Part shown: positions 50,311 through 64,000 of the stretch, one piece after another
How positions within the stretch are numbered: the first letter of the stretch is position 1
Layout of the letters: each line of letters opens with the position of its first letter
Origin: Octopus vulgaris
Lineage: Eukaryota
NCBI GenBank assembly: GCA_951406725.2
Contig: OX597819.1
Coordinates: forward strand, 3,472,001 to 3,536,000
DNA: 64,000 nucleotides
Direction of reading: 5' to 3'
Position numbers and translations under genes: made by a program
Notes under the pieces: model-generated
What the model saw: only the letters and a program-made list of their open reading frames with translations
Databases searched by the model: none
What the model was told of the DNA's origin: nothing

Positions 50311-50921
50311 TTAAATGATTCTAACTCTTTGCATTTTGTCCCGTAATTTCAATTTTACCACATTCTCGAAAGGAGCTGATTCGCCTAATCTTCAAGAATA
50401 ACTTTGAATGTATTCAGTCCGTTTACGTTGGGATTAGAACCTTATTCTTTTAGCAATTAGCAACTTCTTGACGAGAAGCAAATGACATTATTGCAGATCT
50501 TATGTAGCTAAAATTCATTACTTCTAGTTCTGAAGATTCCTCTATTACGAAAATTAATATCAGCGATAGCATAGGGGAAGAAATATGAGTAATATTCTAT
50601 GACAAATAAGAGAAAAAAAAGTAAATATAAATAAACTAAATATAATATGTAATAGAGATTGCTGCAGAAGAAAAATAATGAATTTTATCGTTGCTTTGTT
50701 AAACATTCCATTTACGGAATATAATAGCTTCAAGTATGTCGTTTTTATTGAATATACCATATTCTTCGACAGGAACTTGAAATACATCAGAAACATCGAA
50801 CATTTTTTGCATGGCTTAGCTTTGCCTGGCTTCCTTTACGCTTAATAGGCATAGAATTTAGGTAACTGTTCAAAAGTAAGTCTTCTTTCAGAGAGATACA
50901 AAATTATATGTTATATATTTA

Positions 50922-51141
<220 letters not shown>

Positions 51142-51289
51142 CACCTGCTTGTCTGCAACGGCATGGATTGTTATTTAGTGGACAGTAGTACATTCTCAAT
51201 TTTTTTTCTTTTTTGTTCTACTTGCTGAGTCTGAGTGTCACTGAGTCTGAGTGCGCTGACTCACTGAGTTTGAGTGACGCTCATGACTT

Positions 51290-52660
51290 TGATATGTCTT
51301 CCAAGATTGATGCCGTTAATGTTCCGTTTAACTGCTGTTGTTGTTGTTGTTGAAGGTTAACACCAGCAAGAAATACAACAGAGGCGAGAAGATTCCAGGA
51401 GCTCTGAGGATGAAGGATTTGGTAAAAAGAGCAGTGCGGGAAAAGAATGTGGACATGCCAACGATAGAAGAAGTGGAGTGGAAAGCGGATCAATTGTGCC
51501 TGAGTGGTAGAACTACGAGACCAAGAAAATCCGAGGAGCAGAGGCTGTTGTCATGGTGATAGAAAGGACAAAGAGATGAGACAGCGTAGGCCAGAGGCTG
51601 CAGTAAGTCTGTTAATGATGGAGATCCAATAAGCCGAGTGACCCATCTCTTAATGCGATCAAAAGTGCTACAATTGTTAGCAGCATCACATTCCCAGATG
51701 TAGGGATAGCGCCATAGTGGAGTGTCAGCAACTGTTGGGGAGTGAAATATCTTCTGACCTTAAAAAGGACTAACCTGTGGGCTCCTGTCCTAGATATGTT
51801 AAAGATATGCTTTCACTAGGAGAGATCTTCAGTTATAGTGCGACTCAGTATTTGGAGCAGTTGTGAGGGCTCTTAAAAAGAAAGCTATAGTTTTGTTATA
51901 TTTTCTTTATATGGACAGTGCTTTACTTTAATTGTAGCTGTTAAGAGACAATGTTCGTATGGTACCTTTGGAGGAAGTTCTCAAGGCGCACGTCTATAAA
52001 ATGAATGCAAATTTAGAAGTTTGGTGAGTGCAGTCTATGTTGCGTGTGGTTGATGTATGATTGAGGATGGTAAAGAAAAAAATGAAAGGTCTTATTATCT
52101 GCATAGAAGTGGGTGATGTTGCATGTAGTGGCAAGTTGACGTGTAAAAAGAAAAAAAAACAACAAAGTATGGACCCAACCAAATCCTAGAGACCACCAGA
52201 GTTGCTTGTGAGTGGAGCAGAAAGAGCTACGTCAACACACCGCAATATTACAATCTGATAGGAAGCTAGCAATCCAAGAGATGGGAGATGAGTGGAGCCC
52301 GTGAACGGAAGGTTTTGACTGGAGGTTTGCATGCCCGACAGAACGGAAGGCACTGCTTATGTCTAAAACAATAACATTGTTTTCATGAAATTTCTTTAAA
52401 GTAAGATTCTACTGGTGAATATCATATGTGAGTAGCAGGACTGACCCTTTGGAAGTTGTACAGGTGGCCACTGTGGAAAGACAGATTCAAGGTGATGTAT
52501 AACGTCATAGTTAATGGCTTTCTCATTGCTTGACGATGTTAGAAATAAGAACAATGGGGCAATAGTTGGCTGGGTAGGAAGGTTGTCCTTCTTTGTAATA
52601 AAACACACTGAAGCGTAATTTCATATTTCAAGGTACATCTTCACAGAGAGTAAAAGATTT
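51290..52660 (-). mobile_element. Decayed CR1/Jockey-group LINE RT fragment
   Basis: Minus-strand remnants KHIFNISRTG...RRYFTPQQLLTL...FDRIKRWVTRLIGSPSLTDLLQPLA...SSLCPFY. A related small plus-strand piece lies near 62500 (QKVGFLVRARKL). Confidence 0.65.
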
Positions 52661-53714
52661 AAGAGTTCGGTAGGAGTAAATACTGACGTGCTGCGTACTT
52701 TAAGTATCCATTAAACAATAACTCATACCGTTTCACAAGCAACTATATAATTTCATAATTTATCTTTTATTTTGCTTGACTGATAGACCATTTATATTTT
52801 ACTACTTGAAAATATTTGGAATGAATGAAACTAGTAACAGAGCCGTTTCAGTCATCACTTCGACCAAAATAATATGCGTGTATGCGCGCGCAAATGCATT
52901 TGTGCTAATATCGTAATGTTGATTAGTTTAAATGCGATTGCTTGCATTATCATATTGCCCTATCTTACTTTTATATTTAACAGATATAATATTAGAGAGA
53001 GAACAGCAGAAGAAATAGAATATTATATGGAAAATAAAGCTAAATATAAACTAAACAAAGAAAATAAAGTATGCAATATAAATTGGGTGAAATTGAGGTA
53101 AACAAGATAGCTATGCAAAAAATATAATGAACTTTCTCATTGCATTGTCAAACATTCCATTTACAGAGCATTATAGCTGCAAGTATGTCGTTTTTATTAG
53201 AAATATTACATTTTTCGACAGGAACTTGATACTATCTCATAAACACATTGAAAATTATTTGTATGGCTTGGCTATGCCTAGCTTCCTTTATGCTTAAGTG
53301 ACATAGACTTAAGGTGCCTATTCAAAAGTATGTCTTCTTGCATATAGTTACAGAACAACGATTTGTAATCAATTGTCCATAAGATTTCAATCCGATCAAC
53401 GAACTGCTATAGTTCGTGCGTAAGTTATTTTATATTTTGTGCAATACTTTTCTATATGTAACGCCATTCCCCACCAAATATTTACGCAAATCTAGAATGA
53501 AATAAGCCAAAGATATTTTGATTAGTTGGTTACAAACAATTCACTGTATATAAGCTCCACGTTTACAATTATGCACAGAATTTCATATATATATTTGCGT
53601 ATTTAACTCATTTGTTTTCGTATTTCATGTTTACTGTTGGTGACGTCCTGTTCCCATATATGTATATATATATGTATATATATAATGTGTGTGTGTGCGC
53701 GTGTGCGTTTGTGC

Positions 53715-53751
<37 letters not shown>

Positions 53752-53753
53752 TA

Positions 53754-53794
<41 letters not shown>

Positions 53795-53821
53795 AAATAA
53801 AAACATGATGTCAAGGATTCA

Positions 53822-53899
53822 GCGGTACATATGTTTCGGGCCTTTATTAGACAGATTTATAACAATGCATAATGTATGTCTGTGGCCTTCTTCAGCCGC
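53822..53899 (-). ncRNA. Type I minimal hammerhead ribozyme (PLE terminus, copy 1)
   Basis: Reverse complement of 56870-56947. Confidence 0.7.
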
Positions 53900-55847
53900 G
53901 CACAACAACTTCCGCAAGGACATGTATTACATCAAAAATTCTTGGTTGGGGATGCAAATCCTCTCATTCGCGTACGACATAATGCGGCAACAGCATAGAA
54001 TTGAAGCGTCCATCTCTTTCTTCTCTCAATGTAGAATGAGGAAATTTGGATGTTGAAGTAATGTAAATAAATTGATAAATAAATACATATATAGACGTGA
54101 AGGGACCTGGTAATAAGAGTAAATAGGGGTAAAGATGGACGAAGGATAAAAAATATATAAAAAGTGTAAGTATAGAAAAAGATATAAAGAGATATAAGGA
54201 GATATAAAGGGGATATAAAGAATATAAAAAAATATAAATGAATATAAAGGTATAAAGTTAAAATAGAAATAAAAATAAAAATAGGAATAAAAAGGATAAA
54301 AAATGTAAAAAAATATATGGATAAGGGATGTATAGTGGTTACGGACCAAACATGGTGGTCAGGAAAATGACAAAATTTAGTTGTAGAAGTTTTGGGTGTC
54401 AATAAATCAACAGGGGCGTCTGGGGGGGCCTAGTGTATTGTAAATCAGAGCTGTTGAGCAGTTAATCTAGTTCCTTGAATTAAGTGGTCATCTTGTACAT
54501 ACATACCAGCATGGATACATACACCCATATACACGCGCACATATACGCGCGCATACACAGCTCCAAGTATATAAGCATACATACGTACTCACGTGTAAAC
54601 ATATACAGAAACACATATACACCCACACACATGCGCATATATACATACATACAACAGAATATGCGCATATATACACGGACATTATACGTGTACATATATA
54701 TATACATATATACACACACACGCACATACACATATACATATACACATACACATATGCATACACATACGCACATGTATACCTATACATACATACGCATATA
54801 CACACACCCATATATACATACGTACGTCCATCCTTACATACACATACACAGATGCCCACACATACAGGTTTAGATATAAGATATTAGAAGATGTATATAA
54901 GAACGCATGTAAAGAATCACGCACTCACGTCTGCACGTACACGCACACACGGCTGTGTGTCCATATGTGCGTGTACATATACACTTACATACACACACAG
55001 ACATACGCGCGTATAGGTATAGCTATAAGATATTAAAAGATGTATACAAATATGTGTAAACATATGCATATAAGAAATCTGCGAAAACATGTAAAAAAAC
55101 ATGTAAAAAAACATGTAAGAAATTAAAAAAAATTATTAAAGAAAATTATTAAAGAAAGTTATTAAAGAAGAGTAACCGGGTATGCACATCCAGACGTAGA
55201 TGTTTACTCGTACATATGTACACATATGTATACGTATACATACGTACACGGACGCGCGTATAATCATAAAGCGGATCCATAGATCAGTAAATAAGGGATA
55301 AGCAAAAAATAGACATATATAGAGATATAAAGCGATAAGTTAGGGGTAAGAATGAGGGTAAGAATAAAAATTAGAAATAAAAGTAAGAAATACAATATAA
55401 AATAAGAAATACAATATAAAAGTTAGAAATAAAATATAAAAATTATAAGAACTATAAGAATTAAAATAAGGAATGAAAATAAAAATAAGAATAAAGGTAA
55501 AGCGAAATAGAATAGGATAAAGTAAAATAAAAATATAATCGGGTAAAGCTTAACATGAGATGAAGGGAAAAAAAGGTGGTTGAAGTGTAAAGTTAAAGGT
55601 GTGTGCTAAAGGTGACCACGTAGGGGCGGGCGGGGGGAACTGAAAATTGGAAGGGTGGGAAGTGGAGTTTGGCAGTGTGCGCTCAACATCCAAGTTAGGA
55701 ATGTGAAAAGGTATAGGTATAGGGAAATAAAGAGTCTAGATAGGAAGAATGTAGGTGTAGGAGAAGAAATATATAGGGAAAAAAAACATATATGGGAGAC
55801 AAAATGTGTATATATAGGAGGAAAATGCAGGGAAATATATATGCACA

Positions 55848-55849
<2 letters not shown>

Positions 55850-55913
<64 letters not shown>

Positions 55914-56067
55914 TATACGTACACATATATGTATATACATATACATATATATATACATATACGTACACATATATGTATATACATATACATATATATATAT
56001 ACATATACGTACACATATATGTATATACATATACATATATATATATACATATACGTACACATATATG

Positions 56068-56107
<40 letters not shown>

Positions 56108-56165
56108 CGTACACATATATGTATATACATATATACATATATATATACACATATACACGCACATA
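55850..56165. repeat. (CA)n plus an approximately 44-54 bp TA/CA-derived minisatellite, 5 copies
   Basis: CATATACGTACACATATATGTATATA recurs five times. Confidence 0.9.
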
Positions 56166-56869
56166 TAGGAAAGCGGGATGCGCTGGAGCCGACAGGTTGC
56201 ACCGGCTGGGAGGAAATTGCATGGGGGAGTTGGTATAATAGCCTAAGCTTTGTAGTATTTGAAAGTATTAATAAGTTTGTGTATACAGGATAGTTTGAAC
56301 TCTGACCTTTTGTTAATAAGATTGTGTTTGTCTTTGAATTTCAAGATATTCAGGAGTTCTACACAACATAGTTGGCATCCTGCTCTATTATTTAAATAAG
56401 GTGCAGCTGATCCGATGATGGACCACCTGAGTTTGAAACCTATGCATTTTATTTCTATTTTAACTTTATACATTTATATTCATTTATATTTTTTTATATT
56501 CTTTATATCCCCTTTATATCTCCTTATATCTCCTTATATCTCTTTATATCTTTATACTCTACATTTTTATATTTTTCTATACTTACACTTTTTATATATT
56601 TTTTATCCTTCGTCCTGAATTCTCGCCCCTCCATCTTTACCCCTATTTACTCTTATTACCAGGTCCCTTCACGTCTATATATGTATTTATTTATCAATTT
56701 ATTTACATTACTTCAACATCCAAATTTCCTCATTCTACATTGAGAGAAGAAAGAGATGGACGCTTCAATTCTATGCTGTTGCCGCATTATGTCGTACGCG
56801 AATGAGAGGATTTGCATCCCCAACCAAGAATTTTTGATGTAACACATGTCCTTGCGGAAGTTGTTGTGC

Positions 56870-56947
56870 GCGGCTGAAGAAGGCCACAGACATACATTAT
56901 GCATTGTTATAAATCTGTCTAATAAAGGCCCGAAACATATGTACCGC
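56870..56947 (+). ncRNA. Type I minimal hammerhead ribozyme (PLE terminus, copy 2)
   Basis: gcgg-CTGAAGA-aggcc...ggccc-GAAA-catatg-TA-ccgc: intact core, palindromic ACATATGT stem III, predicted cleavage after A56943. Confidence 0.72.
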
Positions 56948-57107
56948 TGAATCCTTGACATCATGTTTTTATTTTGATCAATTTAGTCCACCACCTACAC
57001 CACCAAACGGTATACACAGGTGCTTATAATTATCAAGTACTCACCCCGAATTTCTATATATATATATATATATACAAATATATATATATGTGCATATATC
57101 TATCTGA

Positions 57108-57139
<32 letters not shown>

Positions 57140-57177
57140 GTTCCTTTCTATATACATAAGTAGTTTTATGTTCTCTA

Positions 57178-57666
57178 TTACTCTTTTACTTGTTTCAGCC
57201 ATTTGACTGCGTTCATGCTGAAGCACCACCTTTAGTCGAACAGATCAGCCCCAGCACTTATTCTTTGCAGGCCTAGTACTTATCCTATCGGTCTCTTTTT
57301 CAGAACCGCTAAGTATTTGGACGTAAACCCACCAACATCGGTTGTCAAGCGATAGTGGGTGGACAAACACAGACACACAAATACATACACACACACACAC
57401 ACACACATATACGACGGGCTTCTTTGAGTTTCCGCCTACCAAATCCACTCACAAGGCTTTGGTCGGCCAGCGGCTATAGTAGAAAACACTTGTCCAAGAG
57501 GCCACGCAGTGGGACTGAACTTGGAACCATGTGATTGGGAAGCAAGCTTCATGCTACACAGCCACTTCTGCGCCTCACAGCCACTCCTGCGCCTACCCAA
57601 CCATTCCTGTGTCTACCCAGTCACTCCTGTACCTACACATCTACTCCTGCGCCTACACAGGCACTC

Positions 57667-57670
<4 letters not shown>
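57178..57670 (-). mobile_element. SINE family 2 with tandemly amplified 5' end
   Basis: Full body plus about six diverged 19-20 bp copies of CACAGCCACTCCTGCGCCT. Confidence 0.85.
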
Positions 57671-57727
<57 letters not shown>

Positions 57728-57784
57728 GGCCATAGGATAAAATGACCATAAGATAAGCAGTATACATATATATGTATATGTGTG

Positions 57785-58650
57785 TGATTTCTCATCCAAA
57801 ATGGAGATGATAGCCAGGAATTTTCTAAGTTAAAGAAATTCTACGTAACCATAAAATCATTAAGAGCAGCTAACAACCTAAGACATTGAAGAAGATTCTT
57901 ACCAATGCCAAACTATCCTCTATAACAACGGCGCAAGCGTCGTAAAGCGTGGTTGCCCTAACTGCGTAGCTTATCTGAATATGTTGGAAAAATCGGAATT
58001 CCATTTCAGACAAGGGCAAATATTCAAAATCAAATCTAATTTTATCCGCCCCGCCCAAAATCTCATTTACGTAATCACATGCTCGGACTGCCATCGAAAC
58101 TATATTGGCTCCACAGGAAATTTGATCTGAAAGAGATGTACGGTCTATAGACAACAAATTTCTTCCCCCACAATATCGCCAAATATACCTCAATCAACAC
58201 ATTGACGAATTTACGATTTACTACAACCACAATTCGTAATTTTCCCATTTTATCAACTTGCTTTCTGGAGCTCAACAGAAATAAGACTGAATAGAGAAGC
58301 CTTATTTATCCCAAAATATAAACTAGTATTAAATATGAACGCAATAAAAATAAAGGACTTACCCCATCTAATGTAAGATATAAGCCAGTTTAAAATAGAG
58401 AACAAGAAAAAAAAAAACAAAAATAAAAATTACCGATTTACCTCCCCTTTACTGAAAAATAAATGAGTAAACAATGTTCTCCCCTAGCAATATACATTTC
58501 CCCCCCTTAGCAATATATCTTTTTCAACTTTCAGCTTCAGAAGCAATGCGAAACCGGTCCTTACTTCAGTTATGTTGATAGAACGAAACCTTATTTTGTA
58601 CAAAATTGTATATCTTTATTATCATGACTCTAATATACTCTTAAATCCTG
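57785..58650 (+). mobile_element. Penelope-like element 3' fragment (GIY-YIG endonuclease)
   Basis: GQIFKIKSNF...NLIYVITCSDCHRNYIGSTG; decayed hammerhead-like GCAATGC-GAAACCGGTC near 58543. Confidence 0.8.
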
Positions 58651-58769
58651 TAAAACAAATCTGTTTTTTCATCTTTTCTCTTTCTATATATATCCACCAC
58701 GTGTGTTTCCCACTAATATATTTTCTACCTTAAATATATATTCGAATTTGTGTGAATGTATATAGAATA

Positions 58770-60095
58770 ATATATCAGTTGAATAAAGTTAAAAACATGG
58801 TCTGGTTTTAACGCTTTTTATTATGGTATTTTAACAAAATTAGCGCTTTCATGCATAACGTACTCATTATATTTCAAATGTGTTTAACTGACAGTTGAGT
58901 TCTTGACAACTTTAGTACCTCTTAGAACACTCCAACCAGCTGAATTTTTAGATACCTTTTTGATCAATCCGCAAGCTCTTAAACAACACGGTTTTCTAGG
59001 CGTACCGATATTTTGTAACTTGTTTATATTTATTAATCCACATCATTAACTGGCTGTTATATTATTGCTGTTATTTCCGTTCAGAACAGGTTTGAATATT
59101 TTAATAAATCGTTTTTCTTTTATCTTTCTTCCAGCCTCACTTGTGTCACGTAGTTTGTGGAAAGGATAAATTAGAAACATTTTTTGACCATATGCCTTTA
59201 TATGTTCGCTCAATGGAATTTGGCGATCATTGGCGTTCCGGATTTGTTGTCTGTGGACTCGTGAGCGTTTCGGAAATGCATTCCCTGTCTCACCTACATA
59301 TAATTGCCCGCAATTCGGTCATTAAATACAGTAGATAAAATTTCTGCTTTTGCAGTTCATATCGGCATTTACGAAAATCTGCCAATTTTTTGTTCTAATG
59401 GATCTACCGGTAAAATTGTATTGACACGTTCCACATCTGTTATCACTTGAATACTGTGAATGTGTTATCCCGTTTGTTCATGTCTTTGTTAATAGTTTCT
59501 TTAGGTTATGTGATTGTCTTTTGCTTAAGATAAGTGTTTGATTAGTTATTATGTTTTTTTAATTTTTCACCTTGGTATATGATTGGCTAATTTGCTTTGA
59601 TGATGTTAAAAATGCTTTGGTGATGCGGATTGTGTGTTACTAGAAATGGTATTGTGTTCCTTTGATGGGTTCGTGTTCTATAGGTGTCTTTTGTGTTCGC
59701 TGTATGCTATTTTCTACAAGTAGGAGAGGGTAATTTTGCTCGAGCAGAAATCCTTTGAGTTCGATAAGTCGTGTACTTTTGGTATTTGAATCATTGACTA
59801 TTGTCAACTTATCCTGGCTTGACAGTACGGGATGTTGCGGTTTGTGTGTGTTGGGTGGCATGATTTGAAATTTAGGTACTGGTGTGGATCTGTGCTTTTG
59901 TAATAAATATCAGTTGTGATTGTGGTGTTCTTTTTAATTACCATTATGTCTAGGAATGGTAATTGTGTGTCGTTAATTTCTCTTGTGAATTTAAGACTTG
60001 GGTGTAGATTATTGAGAAGGGTGCTGAATTCTTCCAGATTTTCTAGGGACTTGGTCAAAATTATGAAACAATCATCGAGGTATCTTTTTCATGTG
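58770..60095 (-). mobile_element. Penelope-like element fragment (RT C-terminus + GIY-YIG)
   Basis: RYLDDCFII...LNNLHPSLKFTRE...LPFLDI...DIYYKSTDPHQYLNFKSCHP and LIYCI..CGQLYVGETG; decayed hammerhead-like motif at 58837-58874. Confidence 0.88.
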
Positions 60096-60151
60096 TCCTG
60101 TATATGTCATATATATATAGAATGAAAGAGACCTCGATATTATGTGAATAA

Positions 60152-60192
<41 letters not shown>

Positions 60193-60224
60193 GAAATGAG
60201 GTACTCAGAAAATCGGATGGTTTA

Positions 60225-60600
60225 TATTTACTCTTTTACTCTTTTACTTGTTTCAGTCATTTGACTGCGGCCATGCTGGAGCACCACCTTTTAGTACTTA
60301 TTCTATCGGTCTCTTTTTGCCGAACCGCTAAGTGACGGGGACGTAAACACACCAGCATCGGTTGTCAAGCAATGCTAGGGGGACAAACACAAACACAGAC
60401 ACACAAACACTCACATATACATATATATACATATATACGACAGGCTTCTTTCAGTTTCCGTCTACCAAATCCACTCACAAGGCATTGGTCGGCCCGGGGC
60501 TATAGTAGAAGACACTTGCCCAAGATGCCACGCAGTGGGACTGAACCCGCAACCGTGTGGTTGCTTAGCAAGCTACTTACCACACAGCCACTCCTGCGCC
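60225..60600 (-). mobile_element. SINE family 2, young copy
   Basis: Near-identical to the reverse complement of 44751-45163, with one internal deletion. Confidence 0.9.
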
Positions 60601-61442
60601 TAAATATTTACAGATATTTATTTGTATATTACATTTTTTATACATCATATAACTTAGATCATGTATCAGCGCTTTCACCCATTCTAGTGGGGTTTTCAAA
60701 TCAAAGTAAGTTCCTGTGTGAAAAGTTTTGACCATTGTTTAGTGGTATTGAGTTTGTAGTGGTGGGGAGGAGTATAAGACAGTACAAGAGGGTGATGGAT
60801 GAGGAGAAAGTGAGAGAGTGTGTATGTGTGTGTGTGCGTGCGTGTGTGTGTGTTTTTGTATTTGGAATGAGTGCTAAAGAAAAAGAGGGGAAGAGAGAGG
60901 GAAGAAGAAGAAAATAATATTTTTTGCTCTGCTGGACAGGATGCTTACTCCAAGGGGGGGGTCTAAGATCTTGGGGAAAAAGAATTTCAGTTTTGACCAT
61001 TTCATAGTGTTATTGAGTGTGTGGTGGCGGGGAGGTAGACCATAAATTATATTTCTTTTTATCATTGAGAGAGTGTGTGTATGTGTGTGTTTAATGAGGG
61101 ATGGTCAAATGGTTTTTTGGGTTTAGAGAAAAAGAATTCTTTTTATGATTGTTTTGTGGAGTTGTGTGTGTGTGTCTGTGTGTGGGTGTCTGTGAGTTTG
61201 GAGAAGGGAAGAGAGGAGAAAAGGAGGAAGGAGAAATAATTGTGTTGATATTTATACCACTATATATGTATATACATACATATACATAAACTATTAGAAA
61301 AGAACACCTTTTATCAATTCAAAATGAACAATTAAATTACACCATCTAGAAAATTGCATATCATAGAAAAGTTAAAATTAAGATGACAATTAAAAAGTAA
61401 AGATTAAGTAAATTACAAAAATAATATAATGTATATAATAGG

Positions 61443-61505
<63 letters not shown>

Positions 61506-63654
61506 CTAAATGCTCCACTATATTAAATTGTAAATTGAAAGATTTGTCCTTCAATGTATGATGAGTAAAATTTCATAAAGTCCCTACTTGAAAAAGAGAC
61601 TCTCCTGTGTTGAAGTTACAAATGACAGAATACAAACCGACACATATATATATATTCACACAAAAGTTATCTGTAAAGGAAGCAGAAAGATGAGGGTTTG
61701 AAGATTGGATAGTTTGAAGATTGGTTCATGACTCAGAAAAGATGTGTTAACGAATAGCAAAAACTAGTATGTCAATTATGATATATTTTCCTCAATCGGC
61801 CGACCGGGCCTTGCAGAGTGGTTTAAATTCCTCCGATGGCAGAACGTCCAGACTTATTTAGACGTATGGAAGTATCACAAAGTACGTCCAACGCATTATT
61901 TTCCGTATACGTTAGATAGTTAGAAACATCTAAATATATTTGATAAATGTATTTGTTCTGTATCTTAATTATTTTCTTGCGGAAAGGACAACTTCCTCTG
62001 AAGATGATGCTGGGTTTACATCATGTTTTTTTCTCTAACTTGGCCTACTTGTTGCTTTATACTCTGAATGATATCTTGGATTTTTGCCGCGATTGGGTGC
62101 TTGTAGCGTATAGAAAGGAAGGATACAAAGGCTCAACAAAGGCACATCTAATACGGATTCAGACAAATAACATAAGCATCGTATTTTGATATGATATTTG
62201 TCAGGATACTTAACAGAGATAGTGTAGGTTGTCTCCACAAAATTTCGCGTATTTCGACCATTAAAATCTATTCTTCTTTTTATTGTAACATCGTATGAGA
62301 TGAAAATAAGATTAAACGCCATCTTTAATGGCGGTTTTAACTTCTACTATATCAACTTTATTGTCTGCTCTCAATTTTTATCTGCTCTAGTTATATGCAT
62401 ATCATGAAAACAGTTTGCACCACACTCCCTTTATGCATAAACATCGTACAACTTAAATCCTCGAAGCTGCTACAAATGCCAAACTTAACAATCATTGTGA
62501 TTATCTCTGCCACTTCCAAAACCGTTTTACAAAAAGTAGGATTCCTTGTCAGAGCCAGAAAACTGATCGCTACAAAGCATACAAAGCATAATCCACCTTT
62601 GTGCATTGTTGATGCATCTAGGACAGTGTTACTGCTACACATACAAACATTCTAGGTTACAAACAAATAAAAAATATCATTGCTTGTTAAAACCTTCCTA
62701 TATATTGTTGACTAGAATTCTTAAAGAAATGTCTCCTTTACCGTTTTTACAATAACTTGTTTATCTCTCCCAGAAAGCTACGTATCACTTTTGCTCATCC
62801 CAGCTTAATGTACATGCTTCTCTTCTAGATGTGACATCTAATTCGTCTTATTCTGGGTGAAACGAAATTTTGTTTTTAAAATCTATGGATCCCACCTACA
62901 TCCGGAAATGAGATAATTAGGAAGATTCTTATATAGTTGCATGAGCTGCTATTAAGAGTAACCAAATATTTCTCATAGAATACCTCCTTCAATTTTGGGA
63001 TAAATACCAACCCTACTTATCCCAAAACTGTCTATGAAAATCACTCTCTGGTTATACTTATTTTCTACGGCGAAAATTTAAGTAGAGTACCGCGTCTGTC
63101 TCATTAGATATGTAGAAAGGTCTCCATGAATTCCCATCAAATAATAAATGATCCTATACATGGAAACTTTTGGTCTTATTACCTTGCATTTTTGTACTAA
63201 GAAAAAATAAAACATGTGTAAGGGAAAAGTTTGAAATTTTGTTCCATAGTTTTTTCCTTAAATATGAGGTAAAATACTCCATAAATAGTAAATTACAACA
63301 ACCAGTATCTCGTCTGGATGATACTATCATGTGAGATCACTAATTCTTGTATTTATTAAATTACCGGTAGCTTAAGCGAGTTTCGTTCTCATTTCAATAA
63401 TATACTGTGGAACATATCAATAGAGTTTTTAGCTAGTATTTATGAAAGATAAATGGGAATTTATTATAACCAAATTTTTTCGAAGAATAATAGCGTAATT
63501 GTTGAAGTTAGTTGGTGTGAACCTGAAATTGAAGATGGACTTTGCTGTGTTTTTGATCGGAGTTTGCCTCTAAAATTTTTGCATCAAATCTAAAATCTAA
63601 AAATCTGTCAAGTAATGTGAATATTAAGTTCTGAATCCGATAGTGACTATATAC

Positions 63655-63830
63655 AATCCTTTCTACTACAGACAGAAGGTTTGAAATTTTAGGGGAGAGG
63701 ACTAGTCGATTATATCGACCCCTATGTTCAATTAGTGCTTATTTCATTAATCCGGCATGCATGAAAAGCAAAGTCGACCTCAGCAGAATTTGAACTCAGA
63801 GCGTAAAGACGGACGAAATGCCGCTTAACA
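63655..63830 (-). mobile_element. SINE family 1, tail-B-like, diverged
   Basis: GTCGATTATATCGACCC...GCAAAGTCGACCTCAGCAGAATTTGAACTCAGA. Confidence 0.8.
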
Positions 63831-64000
63831 ATTTTCTCGCGCACGAGCACACACACACGCACGCGCACGCACACAGAGTATTATGTATCCATTACGACCG
63901 ATCTTACCAATCGGTTTCGTACTAGAGGTTCAACGGAGTGTTAGGTAACTGCGTTTATGTAAACCTGCGCTCTTCAGTGATAGCCGTTATGAAACAAAAT

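Larger units (their letters stand above)
53791..57052 (-). mobile_element. 5'-truncated Penelope-like element with an inverted terminal repeat
   Basis: GIY-YIG C-terminus WSIIGSAAPY...CQLC..E...LINKRSE...CIH at 56243-56450; terminal 0.5 kb at 53791-54274 repeated in inverted orientation at 56446-56979; TA tracts on both flanks. Confidence 0.8.

Noticed and set aside
53637-54056. Duplicated [15 protein letters not shown] (also 56713-56964)
   Set aside because: Antisense reading of the PLE terminal repeat that holds the hammerhead; no recognisable domain.

Overview
Eukaryotic, AT-rich, repeat-dense DNA. The SINE families, microsatellite load and retroelement mix suggest an octopus or other coleoid cephalopod; this is an inference, not checked against a database. 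One intact protein-coding gene is visible: a STARD4/5/6-type START-domain lipid-transfer gene (minus strand, 26101-26739) with an intronless CDS and a probable 5'-UTR intron. The rest is mobile-element material: two Tx1-clade LINEs, RTE, CR1-like and R4/Dong LINE relics, a decayed Gypsy LTR element, several Penelope-like (PLE) relics, four tRNA-headed SINE families, two MITEs, a non-autonomous Helitron and many microsatellites. Two systems stand out. (1) A near full-length Tx1 LINE sits inside the tRNA head of a SINE that shares its 3' tail, with nested TSDs, and SINE multimers are joined at the same site. (2) Minimal hammerhead-ribozyme motifs occur in PLE termini and in a tRNA-headed element at 24.0-24.4 kb with PLE-style inverted architecture, a candidate Penelope-mobilised ribozyme SINE. 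All alignments and folds were done by eye; element boundaries are approximate unless a TSD is given.
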